Below, piece by piece: positions 49,450 to 63,200 of a DNA stretch of 64,000 bases. Under the pieces are notes generated by a model. It worked only from the letters and a program-made list of their open reading frames with translations. It did no database searches and was not told where the DNA came from. Source of the DNA: Candidatus Nomurabacteria bacterium (GTDB lineage: Bacteria; Patescibacteriota; Minisyncoccia; Phycocordibacterales; UBA918). The translations under genes and the position numbers were made by a program. The DNA lies in contig JACKGE010000002.1 in NCBI GenBank assembly GCA_020632155.1, positions 91,685-155,684 on the forward strand, read 5' to 3'. Numbering within the stretch: position 1 is the stretch's first letter; every line of letters starts with the position of its first letter.

Positions 49450-49611
49450 CCTCGCTACCGCTCGGACCGGATAAAACAAGCCACACCACAATTCAAAATC
49501 ATAATCTGGTGGCACAAGGCGAGTATATGTACATGCGTTCCACCTAGCCCTGATTCGCTGCGCTCATATCGGGCTTCCTCGCTACCGCTCGGACCGGATA
49601 AAACAAGCCAC
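49450..49611. repeat. 35-nt direct repeat (two copies) in the spacer upstream of the ABC operon
   Basis: CCTCGCTACCGCTCGGACCGGATAAAACAAGCCAC occurs identically at 49450-49484 and 49577-49611. The second copy forms the 5' arm of a perfect 14-bp hairpin (GGATAAAACAAGCC-acgc-GGCTTGTTTTATCC, 49596-49627) overlapping the FN3-protein stop codon. Confidence 0.6.
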
Positions 49612-49621
49612 GCGGCTTGTT

Positions 49622-51121
49622 TTATCCACCGATGTTGCGGACCCAACCGAAGGTTGCTTCAAAGTTCTCGAGGATGAGGTCAATGATGTTCTTTTCCTGG
49701 ATCGGAGTAAAGAGCACAAAGTTTTCACTCTTGATGGCATTACCGGCCTCATCTTCACAATCAAGCCAAAATTGATAGACCGTTGCCGGTGCAAAGTCGA
49801 CAATGACCTCAACGTGTTTTTCGGTGTAATTGATCTGCTCCGGTTCAATGACCGTAGGGTCAACGCCTCCAGCTACACCTTCTTGGTAGGTCATTACACA
49901 ATAAGCTGGTTCATCTGTTCCCCACTCAACAATGGTCTGGATACGCGACTCACTACCAGGAAACAGTGTTGACTCGTTTGTAACGTTTGAAATGATCGGT
50001 GGTGAGGTATCGCGTACTGTAATGAACGTGATCGGCTGACTCTTCACTCGATCGCCGCCGGCGTTCTCTGCTATCACAAAGGCCACGTACCGTGTACCAA
50101 GTGTGAGGTCAGAGATACGCATCTGATGTGAGGTTGCGAGTGTTGGTCGACCTTTTGAGTTCTGTGCTCCAGTTGAAAGGTCTTGATATTCAATGGTGGC
50201 TTTGGCTGGCACCGTAGTGTCCCACGCTAGTGTAGCCGCATTTTCCTCGACCTTTACGATACGTAAGTTTCGTATCTCTGGCAGAGAGGCTTTGGTCTGG
50301 AACGTAAAGTCTCGGCTTGAACCAGTAATACCATAGGAGTCAGTTGACCGTACTTGGAAGTGATACTCCGTAAATGGCTCAAGTCCAATGAGGCGAACTT
50401 CGTGATCAGTGGTGGGAGCGTCAGTACTGGACTGCGAGTAGACGTACGAGCTCGGCACATACTCAGTTGATGGAGAAAATTCCACGACTGAACTAGCGGG
50501 GCGGTCAGTGGTCCACTTTACGATAGCCGATGTTGTTTCCGGAATCACCGTTGGCGGTCCAACGATAGTAAGATCTTCGGTGATGCCTTGAATGGCTTTT
50601 ACGATCTCATTTTGTATCTCCTGTAGTTTTGATACCTCGGTGATCTCTTGGATCTGCTCGGTGATCTCTTGTACAGTCGGTTGTGACGTAGTGGTTGAAT
50701 CTGTTGCTTCCTGTCCCTGACCCTGTCCTTGGGCTGAGTTTTCGCCGTCACCGGACTGTGGCGAGCCGTCAAGTTGAATCTTGTAATCAGCTGAAATACC
50801 TTGGTTGCCGTCAGCATCAGAGGAAAGAACACGGAAGTAGTAGGTACGGCCAGGCTCAAGTGACTCGAGACTGATACTGTGCTGTCGTTTGTCAGTCCCT
50901 GGTACACGCACAATACCGTAGTCTTCCGAAAGGCCATAGTTAATGAGTGAATCCGCGTCCTCGTCGGTCTCCCAGGTAATGGTCATACTACTATCAGAGT
51001 CTTTGTTGACCTGCACATTACTGATGACTGGTGCTTCTTCGTCAGCAAAAGTCGGTACTGGCACTGAGCTCATTACCGTAAAAACAAACAGCACAACGAT
51101 ACCGAAAGACCGCTTGTACAT
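49622..51121 (-). CDS. secreted protein with four fibronectin type III domains
   Basis: Signal peptide. The FN3 repeats contain TYYFRVLSSDADGNQG, TEYHFQVRSTDSYG, TRYVAFVIAENAGGD and VYQFWLDCEDEAGN, and a Q/E-rich linker follows the first. Confidence 0.7.
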   Translation of the reverse strand: MYKRSFGIVVLFVFTVMSSVPVPTFADEEAPVISNVQVNKDSDSSMTITWETDEDADSLINYGLSEDYGIVRVPGTDKRQHSISLESLEPGRTYYFRVLSSDADGNQGISADYKIQLDGSPQSGDGENSAQGQGQGQEATDSTTTSQPTVQEITEQIQEITEVSKLQEIQNEIVKAIQGITEDLTIVGPPTVIPETTSAIVKWTTDRPASSVVEFSPSTEYVPSSYVYSQSSTDAPTTDHEVRLIGLEPFTEYHFQVRSTDSYGITGSSRDFTFQTKASLPEIRNLRIVKVEENAATLAWDTTVPAKATIEYQDLSTGAQNSKGRPTLATSHQMRISDLTLGTRYVAFVIAENAGGDRVKSQPITFITVRDTSPPIISNVTNESTLFPGSESRIQTIVEWGTDEPAYCVMTYQEGVAGGVDPTVIEPEQINYTEKHVEVIVDFAPATVYQFWLDCEDEAGNAIKSENFVLFTPIQEKNIIDLILENFEATFGWVRNIGG

Positions 51122-51226
51122 TTGTTATTAGTGTACCAAGCTTTGCTTTTTCTGCGGCTCTGGTGCGGGGATACTAATTTGATCTAGCATTCTGCTCGAA
51201 CCAGAGGTGTCAGCGCCCGAATGCCG

Positions 51227-54200
51227 TTAGTCTCCGATAGCGTAGAAGGTATTGTTTCCGGTATGTGGGTTACTGGCGGTACCAAACGGAATGGCAATAC
51301 CCCAGTACACTTCGTCTTCAACTGGCGGCGTTACCGCGGTCGGCTTACCTAGATCAACCTCGTAGTTTGTACTGGTAGTGGCAAGGTTCGTACAATAGAC
51401 GCAAGAGCTATAGTCAAACGTACTGGTGGCAAAGCGTTGCTGACTAGCGTCAATAGTTGAACCACTACCGTCTGAAAGATCACTACCTACGATCTGCACA
51501 TCAAGATCATCATTACCTAAGTTAACAAGAGTGGTAGTGGCGTTGTACGAGCCAGTATCATCATTGACCGCCAGTGAGCCATATGAGATGGAATTCTCTA
51601 CATCAAGTGCGCGCAGCGTTAACATCTCCACTCCGGGCGCTGACCCAAACGCAATATTGCCGGAACCGTCAACTACCTCAAGGTAGGCGAGCCACTCTTG
51701 ACCATCATACGTACTGCCGCTATCAGTTGGGTCAGCGAAGTAGTAAATGTCGGCAGCGCAGCTAAGTGTACAGGAGCTACCAGCACAAGCTGAGAAGCTA
51801 CACTGTGGTGCGGTACTGATGTAACAACTGTTATTATCAGCCGTGCAAGCTGCTCCGGCGCCACTACGATATATGGTTGAAGTAGCGGTAATGAGGTCTG
51901 CGTAGCCGTTAAGATCGGTCACGGTAGCCGTAGCATAGATGGTTGTTGTGGCTCCAATAGCAAGGTCGATATCATTACCACCATTTAGCGTCACCGCCCC
52001 AAATGTCGGACTAAACTGGAGTGACAACTCAGCCACACTTGTGTACGAATCGAGTTCAGTGCCGTCGTTGGTGACCCGCAGACAGTACGCTTCATCAGCC
52101 ACGTTAACAGTTGGAGTCAACACATATTCCAGCTCAGTGTACTCATTTTGGAGCGTATCGATAGACGTACTCTTATTAGCGGTATTAGCCACAATACGAC
52201 CGGTGGTAAAGGTGCCATTTACGTCCGATAAGTGATCGGTCGTGGTTTGGTTATTGGTCACCGTACTGGAGGTGGCCATACAAATGGCACTACTGCCACA
52301 ACTAGCTAAGACTGGCACTGCACTGTAACTACCGCTACCGACTGCTTCGCAGCTTGGTGAGGCGCCTTTTGGTGCCGCCTCCAGCTGGAATTGCTGACCG
52401 GTAATATCAAGTCCTGAGTTTTCGACTGCAAAGCGCAGGCGAGCCACATCACCGACCTGATAGGCACTGGCTGGCGTATCTATTGCAGCTGCCCACGAGG
52501 CGCCGCCAGCTGTTTGCTCAGCCCCAAGATAGACCGTTGGATCAGTGGTAACTCGTGGGTACGAGATGTAACTGTCCCAACCACCATTCATGCCCCAGTA
52601 GGTAAAGCCCATACCACCAGTTGTGTAGCTGCTGTCACTTACACTAAGCGTTGCAGCAACACTGTCGGTTGGATCATACACAGTAATAGAAATGGTGTCA
52701 TCAGTTTGCCAATCAACTCGCACATCATACCAACCGGTAGTGTAGGTAAGGGTTGAGGAAGCGAGAATAGTACCCGAACTTTCCGTATCGATAACATTTT
52801 TAACTAAGGAGACCCGGTCGGTACCATAAAGTTCAAAACAAATACCGTAGTTATTGTTGTTCGTTCCCGGTGTCTGTACGCCAAAGAGTGTACAGACCTC
52901 ATCGGCTGCTCCGGCTGTAGCGTCTACATACTGTCGGTAGCGAATGACTTCACCTTGTGCCACTAAGTTGCCGGTCTGGAATACACCATCGGTTGCACGA
53001 TCACTTTCATGGCCACTGGTATCAAGACCGTAGTTACCACCATAATTAAAGCTGGTGCCAACCGTAAAGAGTCCGGTGTCACCGCTGTACTCACTAAGAG
53101 AGCCGTCTTCAAAGTCATCAATGAAATTCATGACCGCATCACCATCACTGGCCGTATCAACTGTACTGCTACCGTAGTACATGTAGAGTGTTGTGTACGC
53201 TGAGGCTGGTAAGCTCGGGACCGATACCCATACTTCTGCATCGCTACCAGCATTGACCCGCTCAGTCCAGTACGATACCGGCGTGCCGGAACTATCCGTA
53301 AAGCGAAGGTCATCAAAGTCTGCTTGCATGTCTGCGTCGTACGGAACGGTAACGAGAACAGACGTCGTAGCGTAGGTTGTGTTGTCATTATTTCGCAGTC
53401 GCACACTGGCTCGCTTGGTCCAGCCATTGTCATACCAGTCACTATCCGGAGCACCTTCACCACCATCATCGAGTCGCCAGCGATAGTGTGTTTGTTCAAT
53501 AAGAAGACATGCACTGTCCTCCCAGCGGATAGAACCACAGTCATCCGTGCCATCAATATCAAAGTCTTCTCCAGCCAGATTGCCCGTGTGGCCAGTGAAG
53601 CGCCACGCGTTGCTGCTGGTAGCAGCTAAGTTAACGTTTATGCCGGTAATTGCCGTAGTAGTGGCAAAGCGCATACCAGTGAATATCTTGGACGCGTTGG
53701 CGTTTAACGTTTCGGTCGCTAGTGTGATGAGGCTACCGCCTGAAACTGCCAGTTCGAAGTCACCATTTGAAAGATTGGAAATGGTCGGCGTACCGGAGAG
53801 GTCAAGACCGTTCGCATCAAGATTGCGGAACTGGTAGTAGTTGGCGTTTAACGTGCCACTGGTGACACCGAGTGTATACGTACCACTACCTTGATTGGTG
53901 ATCAAAGTTGCGTTGCCACTACCACCGACAATATTGAGTGTGCCACCATCGACAGTAGTGGTTGCCCCTCCCGCAATCTGTACCGTTACAGCGCGCGGTG
54001 TAATACTCGTACCATCAAAGTCAGTTGCGTAACTCCAATACTCAGTAGTGGTACTGATATGGAAATCTCCAAAGATGAAGAGTGAGCCATTCACTCCGGC
54101 ATGCCGCTGTGAATACAGTGAGCTACTACCATCAACTGTGGTAGTAAGGGCACTTGAATTCCATAATCTAATATCACTATTTGCTCCAATACTTAGTATG

Positions 54201-57200
54201 TTGTATTGATCACTGCCGAGAGATTTACTGTTAACGCTGTATGCATTGGCACCATCGAGGTACAGCGTGCTGCCCGTCCACGTGGTGGCGGAACCACCAA
54301 GATTATTAGTAAAGACACCGCCGACATACATCGTAGTTCCTGACTGCTGGACATAGGCAGTTGCAGCCGACAGAGTGAAGTTGTTGGTAGTGGTCGCGTC
54401 AGTTTGCATGGTCCAACTACCGGTACCAGAGACAACCAAGTTATAGAAGTCGTTGCCTCCAGGATAGATGTTTTTACCAGCACCAGAAGAATTAAAGAGG
54501 ACCGTACCCGAAGCGTGCGCAAAGGTGCCGGCAGTAGCATCAAACGAACCGCCAACTGACAAAGTACCAACAGCAGATGTAAAGGTGCCAGTGCCGAGAG
54601 TAAGACTACCACGCAGGGTTGCACTGGTGTCGAGTACCGTAACATCACTACCGCCGGAAACAACAACAGAGCCAAGGTCAGAGCCACCAAATTGCAGTGA
54701 AGTGGCGCCCGTAGCTCGGTAGAGATCAAGTGTATTGTTGTTATACGTAACCGTACCAGCGTTACTGAAGTTGCCCCCGACCGCGTAGATACCACTTGGC
54801 AACGTAAGACTTCCTGCAGAGATGGTCACATTGCCGGTTGAAGTGGCGTTGGTGTCAGGCATGGTCCATGCGCCACCCGTACCAGCAAAGGTGGTAGTAG
54901 CGAGGTCAGAACCACCAAGACGAACTACGTTACCCCCACTAGTGGCGGTAAAGATCATCGGTGAGGCACTGGCGTCAAAATTACCGCCGGTATTGTTAAG
55001 CGAACCAGAAAGAGTAGTGGTACCGGTTGGTAAGGTAAGGTCACCACTGGCGATCGAAAGGTCATGAGCAGTTAAACTTGAGTCAGTAACAGACCAATCT
55101 CCACTACCGATAAAGTCAATATCGTAGAAACTGTCGTTGTTCACATCTATGGTCTCGCCACTTTGGTCAGAGGTAAACTCCACGGTTGAGTTAGCAGCTT
55201 CAAATGACGCCCCGGCGTTTGCGGTAAACGAGGCTCCGACCGACAAAGTGTCGCTGCTGCTCATAGTGAGAGTGGCGCCGTTATAAAGCTGGAGCGCACC
55301 GTCGTAACTTGAACCTCCTCCCCCGCCACTTATAGTCACGTCACCGCCCGGATCAAAACTCTTGTTGGTCCAAACAATGAGCTTGTGGTCAGCCGGTAGC
55401 GTTAAGCTGTCGGTGCCGGCATCTACTGCTGTAAATGGTATATCACCGTCATCGGAAGAGTCCCAGACTGCCATATCTTCGATGTTGATTGCACTGATAT
55501 TTTCGTGCCGTACGATCACCCGCTGCTCGTAGATATCCATATTACTGATATTGGATATCGGATCGACCGATACCGTTGCGCCACTACCAACTCCATTATC
55601 AATGTAGACAGTGAGTGTATCGTTTGGACTAAAGGAGATACCACTAATACTGTACGCTCCGGTACCAACAGCACAGCTGGTGGTGTATGAAGTCAGACCA
55701 GCCACTCGTAAGTGTACGTTTTGTGTTACACCATTACAGATACCAACACCAGACGCGGTACTACCTTCATCACTGTAGACATGGCCGGAAATGTTGATGA
55801 CCGCCGCTGAGTCGTCCCATACAATTTCACCCGGATCACCACTGTCATTATCATTTCCTTCACCATCAAAACCACCACTATGGTTCGTAAAGCGCCAGCT
55901 ACTGACACTGATGCCACTTACCGTTACGTTGCTGGCACCACTGACCCCGCCGCCGAGACGGAAGATGTTGTTGGTAAAGTTCTTGGCCGGATTTTGATCA
56001 ATAACTGAACCGGCAACAGTCATACTACTGGCGCCGTTTAGGTCCGCTGACAAGTCAGTAAAGCCGAGAGTGGTTACGGTTGGGGTGCCGGTAAACGAGA
56101 GACCAGTACTGTCGATATTGCGGATTGATACGTACTGCCAAGTGGTGCTGGCTGTGCCCCCGACTGTAAGACCATAGGTACCCGACCCTTGGTTAGTAAT
56201 GGTAGTGGTGGCAGTAGTAGTGCCCTTTACTGAGAGTGTCCCGCCGGTGTATGTGGCGCTGGCGCCACTGGCAAACTGGACATCAGCAACACGCGGACTA
56301 CCACTAATGTCCGCACCATCAAAGTCGGTGAGGTAACTCCAATGATCGCTGTCACTCGCCTGCATGTAATCACCGTAGATATGTAAGAGTCCATCACTAC
56401 CGCCATGGTCCATCGAGTAAAGACCACCGCCTGTTTCGGTCACAACGCTACTGTACGTGCTGTCCCAGAACTTTGCGCTGGTACCACTGACAATATGTAC
56501 CGTGTCATAACTGTCTCCTACCCCTTTTGGATTGACTGTGAATCCACCACCAAAGAGACTGAGCGTACTGCCGGTCCACGTAGTACCGCTGTCTCCCGTG
56601 TTGTTAGTAAAGGCGCCGCCAACCGCTAGGGTCGTACCACTTTGGGCCACAAAGTTTGAGCTGGTTGCCAAGGTCCACGCGCCAGTTGAGGTAGCGTTTT
56701 CAGTCAGTGTACCGGTGCCGGAGCCGGAGAGCGTCACTCTACCAAACGAAGCACTGCCCGGTGCGATCGAGTAGGCATCGCTGCTGACGAATTCAACGAG
56801 GCCGCCCGACACAGTAAAGCCGCCGTCGTTATCATAACTACCCGAAAGCTGTAAGGTATTACTACTGCTTTCTATATAGGTACCATTGGCACGAACTGTC
56901 ATATCCCCGCCGACTGCTACTAGTGGATCGAGGGTATTGGCGTTGACAGTAGTGGTAGTAGCACCGCCAATAGACAGGTTATGTACGATGTTGATACCGG
57001 TTGAACCAAGTATGACCGTTTGTGGAGACAACTCAGCATTAAGATCAAGATTGTAGTAGTTCATTGGGTAAACCGTGCCCGAACCGCTATACCGAACCGT
57101 ACTGGTGTCGTATGAAATCGAACCGTTGTTTACCACTACGGTACCATTGCCACGCAAGTTCCAGCCGCCACTGCCGAGAAGGAGTGTATGACCACTTTGT

Positions 57201-60200
57201 GTTCGCAGCACGCTGGTAACGGTAGTAGTAGCGGTGCTAGCTCTCGTTGTTGTTCCGACCAGACTGCCATTACCAAAGGTCAGACTGGCAAAGGTCCACG
57301 GTGTGTTGCCGCCAAAGGTGTTGGTTTGCTGTAGTGTCACCGTACCACCGGTCATTGCTACTACTCCATCACCGGCCATAGAACCGCCACTAATAGAAAT
57401 ATTGCCGGAACCAGTTAGCGTACCGTCGGTAACAGTGACATCGTGGGCCACCGAGAGCGTAGCGGCGTTGGTCCACTCTCCCCCGCTACCATTGAAGGTG
57501 ACGTCATACAAGTTCTGTGTTGATGATGCGCTAATGAAGTGTCCGGTCGTGGTTGCATTAAAGAGCACGAGCGACGTACTCGGACTAAAGAGTGCCCCAC
57601 TCTCTGCGCGGTAGTTGCCACCAATGGTAAGGGTCTCACCGGCCGCCGCTTCAAACGACGCTGTCGGTGCCAAATGAAGTGATCCGTCATAGGCGCTCGG
57701 TGTACTATTGCCGAGTAACGTTGTATCACCGTCTGGCGCAAAGGTCATACCATCCCACACGTATAACTCGTTGCCGGCAAGGACAGTCAGCGTATCTGGC
57801 GCGCCCACGCTTGCCACAAACGGAATATCAGAGTCATCGGTAGCGTCAAAGAGGGTCATATCTGCGATCGTTAGCGGTGTGTCATCTTCGTGTCTGACAA
57901 TCACCCGATCCCCATAGAGGTCGAGTCCACCAATAGTGTTGGTGTCGGGACTATCAGGCTTAAGCGCAAACTGCATGGAGTGTGACTCACTGCCCGTACC
58001 ACCGGCAGTGATCTCAGAATCACCGGTTGCTCCGGCAGTAGTCATGAGCCGTGAGGCCACACTGAGGTCATTACCACCGCTGACAATGTCTTCAGCTACC
58101 GTTGTCCACGCGCCGCCCGGCATATTGATATTGCTATCTCCGTCCATGTACCAAACCGCGATTGCCAGGGCATTATGTACCGTTGTCGTGATACTTGGTG
58201 CGCTTGGAGATGCATCATTGGCATGATTGGTCCATGAACCTTCGACATCAAATGGGTCTCGAAGGTCAACCCCATCAAATGAACCCATCCAGTAGCTATA
58301 GTTTTCTGTACTGGTGTCATTTGAGGTAAAGGTGTAACTGGTTGGTTCAGTTGAGACATCGTCAACAGTGCGATACCACAAACGGCTGTAGATAGTGCTA
58401 CCACTTCCACTTGGCGTTACGCCTTCTGGACCTGGTGTCCAACCGGCTGGTGCAGAGATATCAAACTCATCGTCTTTACCGATTATGAGTACGAGGAAAT
58501 CATCTTGAGCAGTTCCTGGGCGGTCCACAATGAACGTGCTGGCAGCGTTAACACTGCCAATACCAGTACTGCTGAAACGAAGTGAGACATCAGCTGGGGT
58601 CGTATCAACCACATTGATAATCGGTGTACGGGTGACCACCGCAGCGCTCGTAGTACCACCACCGTAACTAGCTCGCTTGAGGGCAAATTGGCCGGAGTTG
58701 GTATCGTCTGAAGTAGCATCGATGGCGGAGAGGCTGGCATTACCGGTCACTCCGGCGGTAGCCATAAGACGAGTTGCAATACTAAGGCTGTTTCCGCCAT
58801 TGACGATATCCTCAGTTTGCGTGGTCCATGAACCACCCGGCATAGTGACATCGGTATCATTGTCTACATACCATGCAGCAATAACCAGCGAACCATTTGT
58901 GACCGTAGTGATAGAGGTAGCTGCCGGTGTCTGGGTATTGAGCTGTGTTGTCCACGTCGGTGTGACATCAAATGGGTCACCGAGGTCTACTCCACTAAAC
59001 GATCCAATCCAGTAACTGTAACTTTCGGTGTCAGTATCAGCCGAGGTAAAGGCGTACGCAGTTGGTTCAGCTGTGACATCAACCACCGGCTTATACCAAA
59101 GACCAGTAAACTGTTGGTTGTTGTTTGGGAGTCCAAGTGTATCGGCTTCAGTCCAGCCAGCTGGTGGATCAATAGCCAAGTCGTCATCTTTACCAAAGAC
59201 AGCGACAAGAATATCACCATTACTGACACTTGGGCGGTCAACGATTACTGTACCTCCACTGACAACAGTGCCGCTTCCTGAGTCTTGATCTTGCAAGGTA
59301 ACCGCACTTGGATCAGCGGCGTACGCGTCATGGTCAAGGTATACCGTTACCTTTGGATCACCTTCATAAGACACATCACGAACGGTATAGCTACCATCTT
59401 CAGGACTACAGGCAGCACTGGTGGTGCTACTGCCGTCGATGACCACGGTCACCACCGGTGAAAGTCCGTCACAAGTTGGAGCGCCAAGTGGTGTACTGCC
59501 ATCATCAGCATAGACCACACCGGTCACGGTAATACTGTGCTGACTATCGTCCCACTGAATAGCTCCGGGGTCGCCATCATCGTTGTCATACAGCTCACCG
59601 TAGGTGTCGCCACTGCCGTTTCGCATCCACCAGTATGAGCTGGCAAGGCCACTGAGCGTCACGTTAATTGGGCTGGTACCACTGGCAACAAAGCCGAGAC
59701 GGAAGAACTGTTGCGCTGGATTATTATCAATGACATCGGCAGCTACTGTCATGGCGCTACTGCTTGTGCCGATGGCAAACGTACCGTCAGCGATATCAGT
59801 CACCGTTGTGGTGCTACCACCAAGTTGCCAACCGTTACTGCCAAGACCGGAAAAGGCAAAGTACTGCGCAGTGATAGTACTGCCAAAGGTGGTGAGGTCA
59901 AATGCACCATCTATAGCTTCAATGGTGGTTGACGCCCCGCCGTCACCAACCAAATTAAAGCCGTACGGCAGCGTAAGCGCTGAGCTACTAGCGATATAGA
60001 CCGACACCGCTCGCTCGCTACTGCTGGCACTAAGATCCGTACCGTCAAAATCAGTGGCATACGACCAGTATTCCGTAGCGCCACGACCGTCATAGTCACC
60101 ATATATATAGAGAAGGCCATTACTTCCGCCATAGTCGGGCAGATAGAGCGAACCAGTATCTAAGACACTGCTTGAAGCAATGGTGGTATTCCACATGACG

Positions 60201-63200
60201 ATGTCAGCATCTTGCTCTACCACCACTGTGTCATACACATCTCCAGTTGAACTTTTGTCATGAACTGTATGATCATTGCCATAGAGTCGCAAGGTACTAC
60301 CGGTCCATGTGGTAACACTGGCAATATCATTGGTGAAATTGCCACCAACACTTACCGTTGCGCTACTACTGGCAGTGAAATCATTTGCAGCAAGAAGGTC
60401 GAGGTTGTTAGCGGCGTCAATATTTTCGGTCACCGTCCAGCCACCACTTGGATTATTAAAGGAGAGGTCATAAAAGACATTACCGCCGGCAGCTACCGTC
60501 TCGCCGGTATCATTACTATCAAATATCACCGCTCCGGTACCAGCTTCATACAGACCCTGCGCCAGGAATGATCCAGCAATAGTGAAGTTGCCCGACGGAC
60601 CAATAACTTGCACTGAGCCGATAGAGACGTCACCAATAACATCAACACTGACATCGGTAAGTGTCAGACTGTCAACAGCACCAAAACCGGAACTGGTGGC
60701 ATAGAAGGTAGTAGGACTGCCTTGATTTATATATTCCGCATTGACCCACGCAGACGGCCTCGTGGTAGTGGCAAATCGAAGCTCGTCAATATAGCCGTTG
60801 TAGCTACCAGCAGTGGTGTAGCGTCCGACTTCAAGCGGACCAGTGTTAGACGGGTTATTGACGGTCTGATTAATGACACCATTGGCAACTCCATCCTCAA
60901 ACATGTACATATTAAGACCGGACGTTACCTCACCCATGTTAAAGAAGTGATGCCAGCCGGCGGAGTGACTAAAGGAGTAACTATAGGTACGGCCGAAGTA
61001 GAAGTACGCAGCTGAGCCACTGTACCATGGCATGAATGAAATACGGTTTGGTGTGGCTCCGGTACCCCACTGGTACACACCTTCGGTGTTAGAAGTCGTT
61101 TGATAGTACCAACCGGATGAGACGATATTGTCTCCCCCGCTCCACGCCCAGTCGCTATCGTCAAGATATCCACTGGCGGTGCCGGTAAGATCAAGGGCAG
61201 AACCCATAGTACCGGTTGTAGTGGCTTGTCCGGTACCATTGGCGGCAAGGTCTTTCCCGTGACCGGAAGCATCAACTGCCCCCACACTTGGGTCATCTTC
61301 AAAGTGATACACTGCTTCGTATTCGCTCCAAACGGCATAGGCACCATACGGATCACTGGCTGCGTAACCACTGGCGGTACTGTTGTTGTGATAGATATAG
61401 AAGATGGTATCAGAGACGTTGGAAATAGATGGAGCCAAGAAGTGAAGTTCTCCTGTCATGGCAACCGGATCGAACGAGACCAACTCATACGGCACTTCAG
61501 TTTGACCATCACTGGTGGTAATACGTATGTCGCCACCATCAGTGCGAACCTCGCTCCAGAAACTACTACCCAGTGTAGAGAGATCCACATACACGGGGAA
61601 ATTAGTCAGTGACGAGGAGATGTTGGCTGAATCAACAGTGATACCTTTACGCGATAACCATGAAGTGTCATACCATCCAAATGATGCTGCTAACGATCCG
61701 AAGATCACGTCATTAAATGACGATCCATTAGTACGGATGGTCTGATCTGCATTCGGCAAAAATCGTACCAGTGCGCTGTTTGCATCAAAGGCGCCGCCGC
61801 CAGTGACATTAAGTCCTCCGCGGATAACGAGAGTGGTATCAGGGAATGTTACATCACCATTACTGATGACCATACTACCGCTTGTGGTTGCATTACTGTC
61901 AGTAAAGGTCCAGTCACCACTACCCGAGAACGTAACGTTGTACAGCTGGTTGTAAAGTGACGTACCAAGAAGTGTTACCACCTCACTGCCACTACCGGTC
62001 ATTTGCAAGGTGGCGTTGTTGTGGAGGAACGTACCACCGGTATTAAGGAACGAGCCACCAACACTGGTGATACCAGACGGCAACGTAATGGTACCGGTAG
62101 CGATAGTGAGGTCACTGAGTACCGTGAGGTTGGCTTCGGTGAAGTAAATATCAGTATCAGGATCATTGAAGGTAAGCTGATAGAATGACGAGCCATTGGT
62201 CTTAATGATGTGACTAGCACTCGCGCTGCTATCTCCGGGGTCATACGTCTCGACACTGCTAGTGGCGTAAAAAGTAGTTGGGGTCTTTTGACTCACATAC
62301 TCAGCATCGATCCAGGCTTCCGTACGACTCGCCATAGTGAAGCGAAGTTCATCAATATATCCTTCATAGGAACCGGTAGTACCTTGTCGACCGATCTGCA
62401 AGTTACCACTATTGGCGGTCCCCGCCACTGTCTGCGTGACTGTATCACGCAAAATGCCATCTTCATAAATGGTGTTTGAAGCCCCACTAGCAGCAAAACC
62501 TTGTGTGGTGAAATGATGCCAACTAGTGACACGCGCGAAGGTATAGGTGGCCCCACTCGTTACACCAAAGTAATGGAGTCCGTTATCGCCCGAATACCAC
62601 GGCCGAAACTCAATGCGATCTGGGCTGTTAGTGGTACCCCACGCCCAGAGAGCTTCGTTACTGGCGGCTGATTGGTAGTACCAACCGGATGAAGTCAGAT
62701 CGTCTCCGCTGGTCCATGACCAATCGGTGTCATACATAACGCCAGTAGCCGTGCCAACAAGACTAAGAGCAGAACCTAACGCGCCGGTTGTGGTCGATTG
62801 ACCGGTACCACCTGGAGTGAGATCTTTACCATTTCCAGACGCATCCGGCACCTCAACAGTTGGATCGGCTTCAAAGTGGTACACCGCTTGATACTCGGTC
62901 CAGACAGAGTATGCTCCGTACGGATCGCTATCCGAATAACCAGCAGCTGAGTTATTGTTGTAATACACATAGAACGTTGTGTTAGTGGCGCTCGAAAGTG
63001 ACGGCGCTAAGAAGTGAAGTTCACCCGTTTCGGTGCCGGTATTAATGGCAACTAGGTCTATCGGTACTTCCGTTTGTCCGTCTCCTGTGGTCATTCTGAT
63101 ATCGCCACCGTCTGTGTTTACGTTACTCCAAAAACCACTGCCGAGTGTAGAGAGATCCAGATAGACTGGGAAATTGGTGAGATCACTATCGATCTGACTC

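Noticed and set aside
49450-49611. Possible CRISPR array.
   Set aside because: There are only two repeat copies, the spacer (92 bp) is much longer than the repeat, and no cas genes lie nearby.
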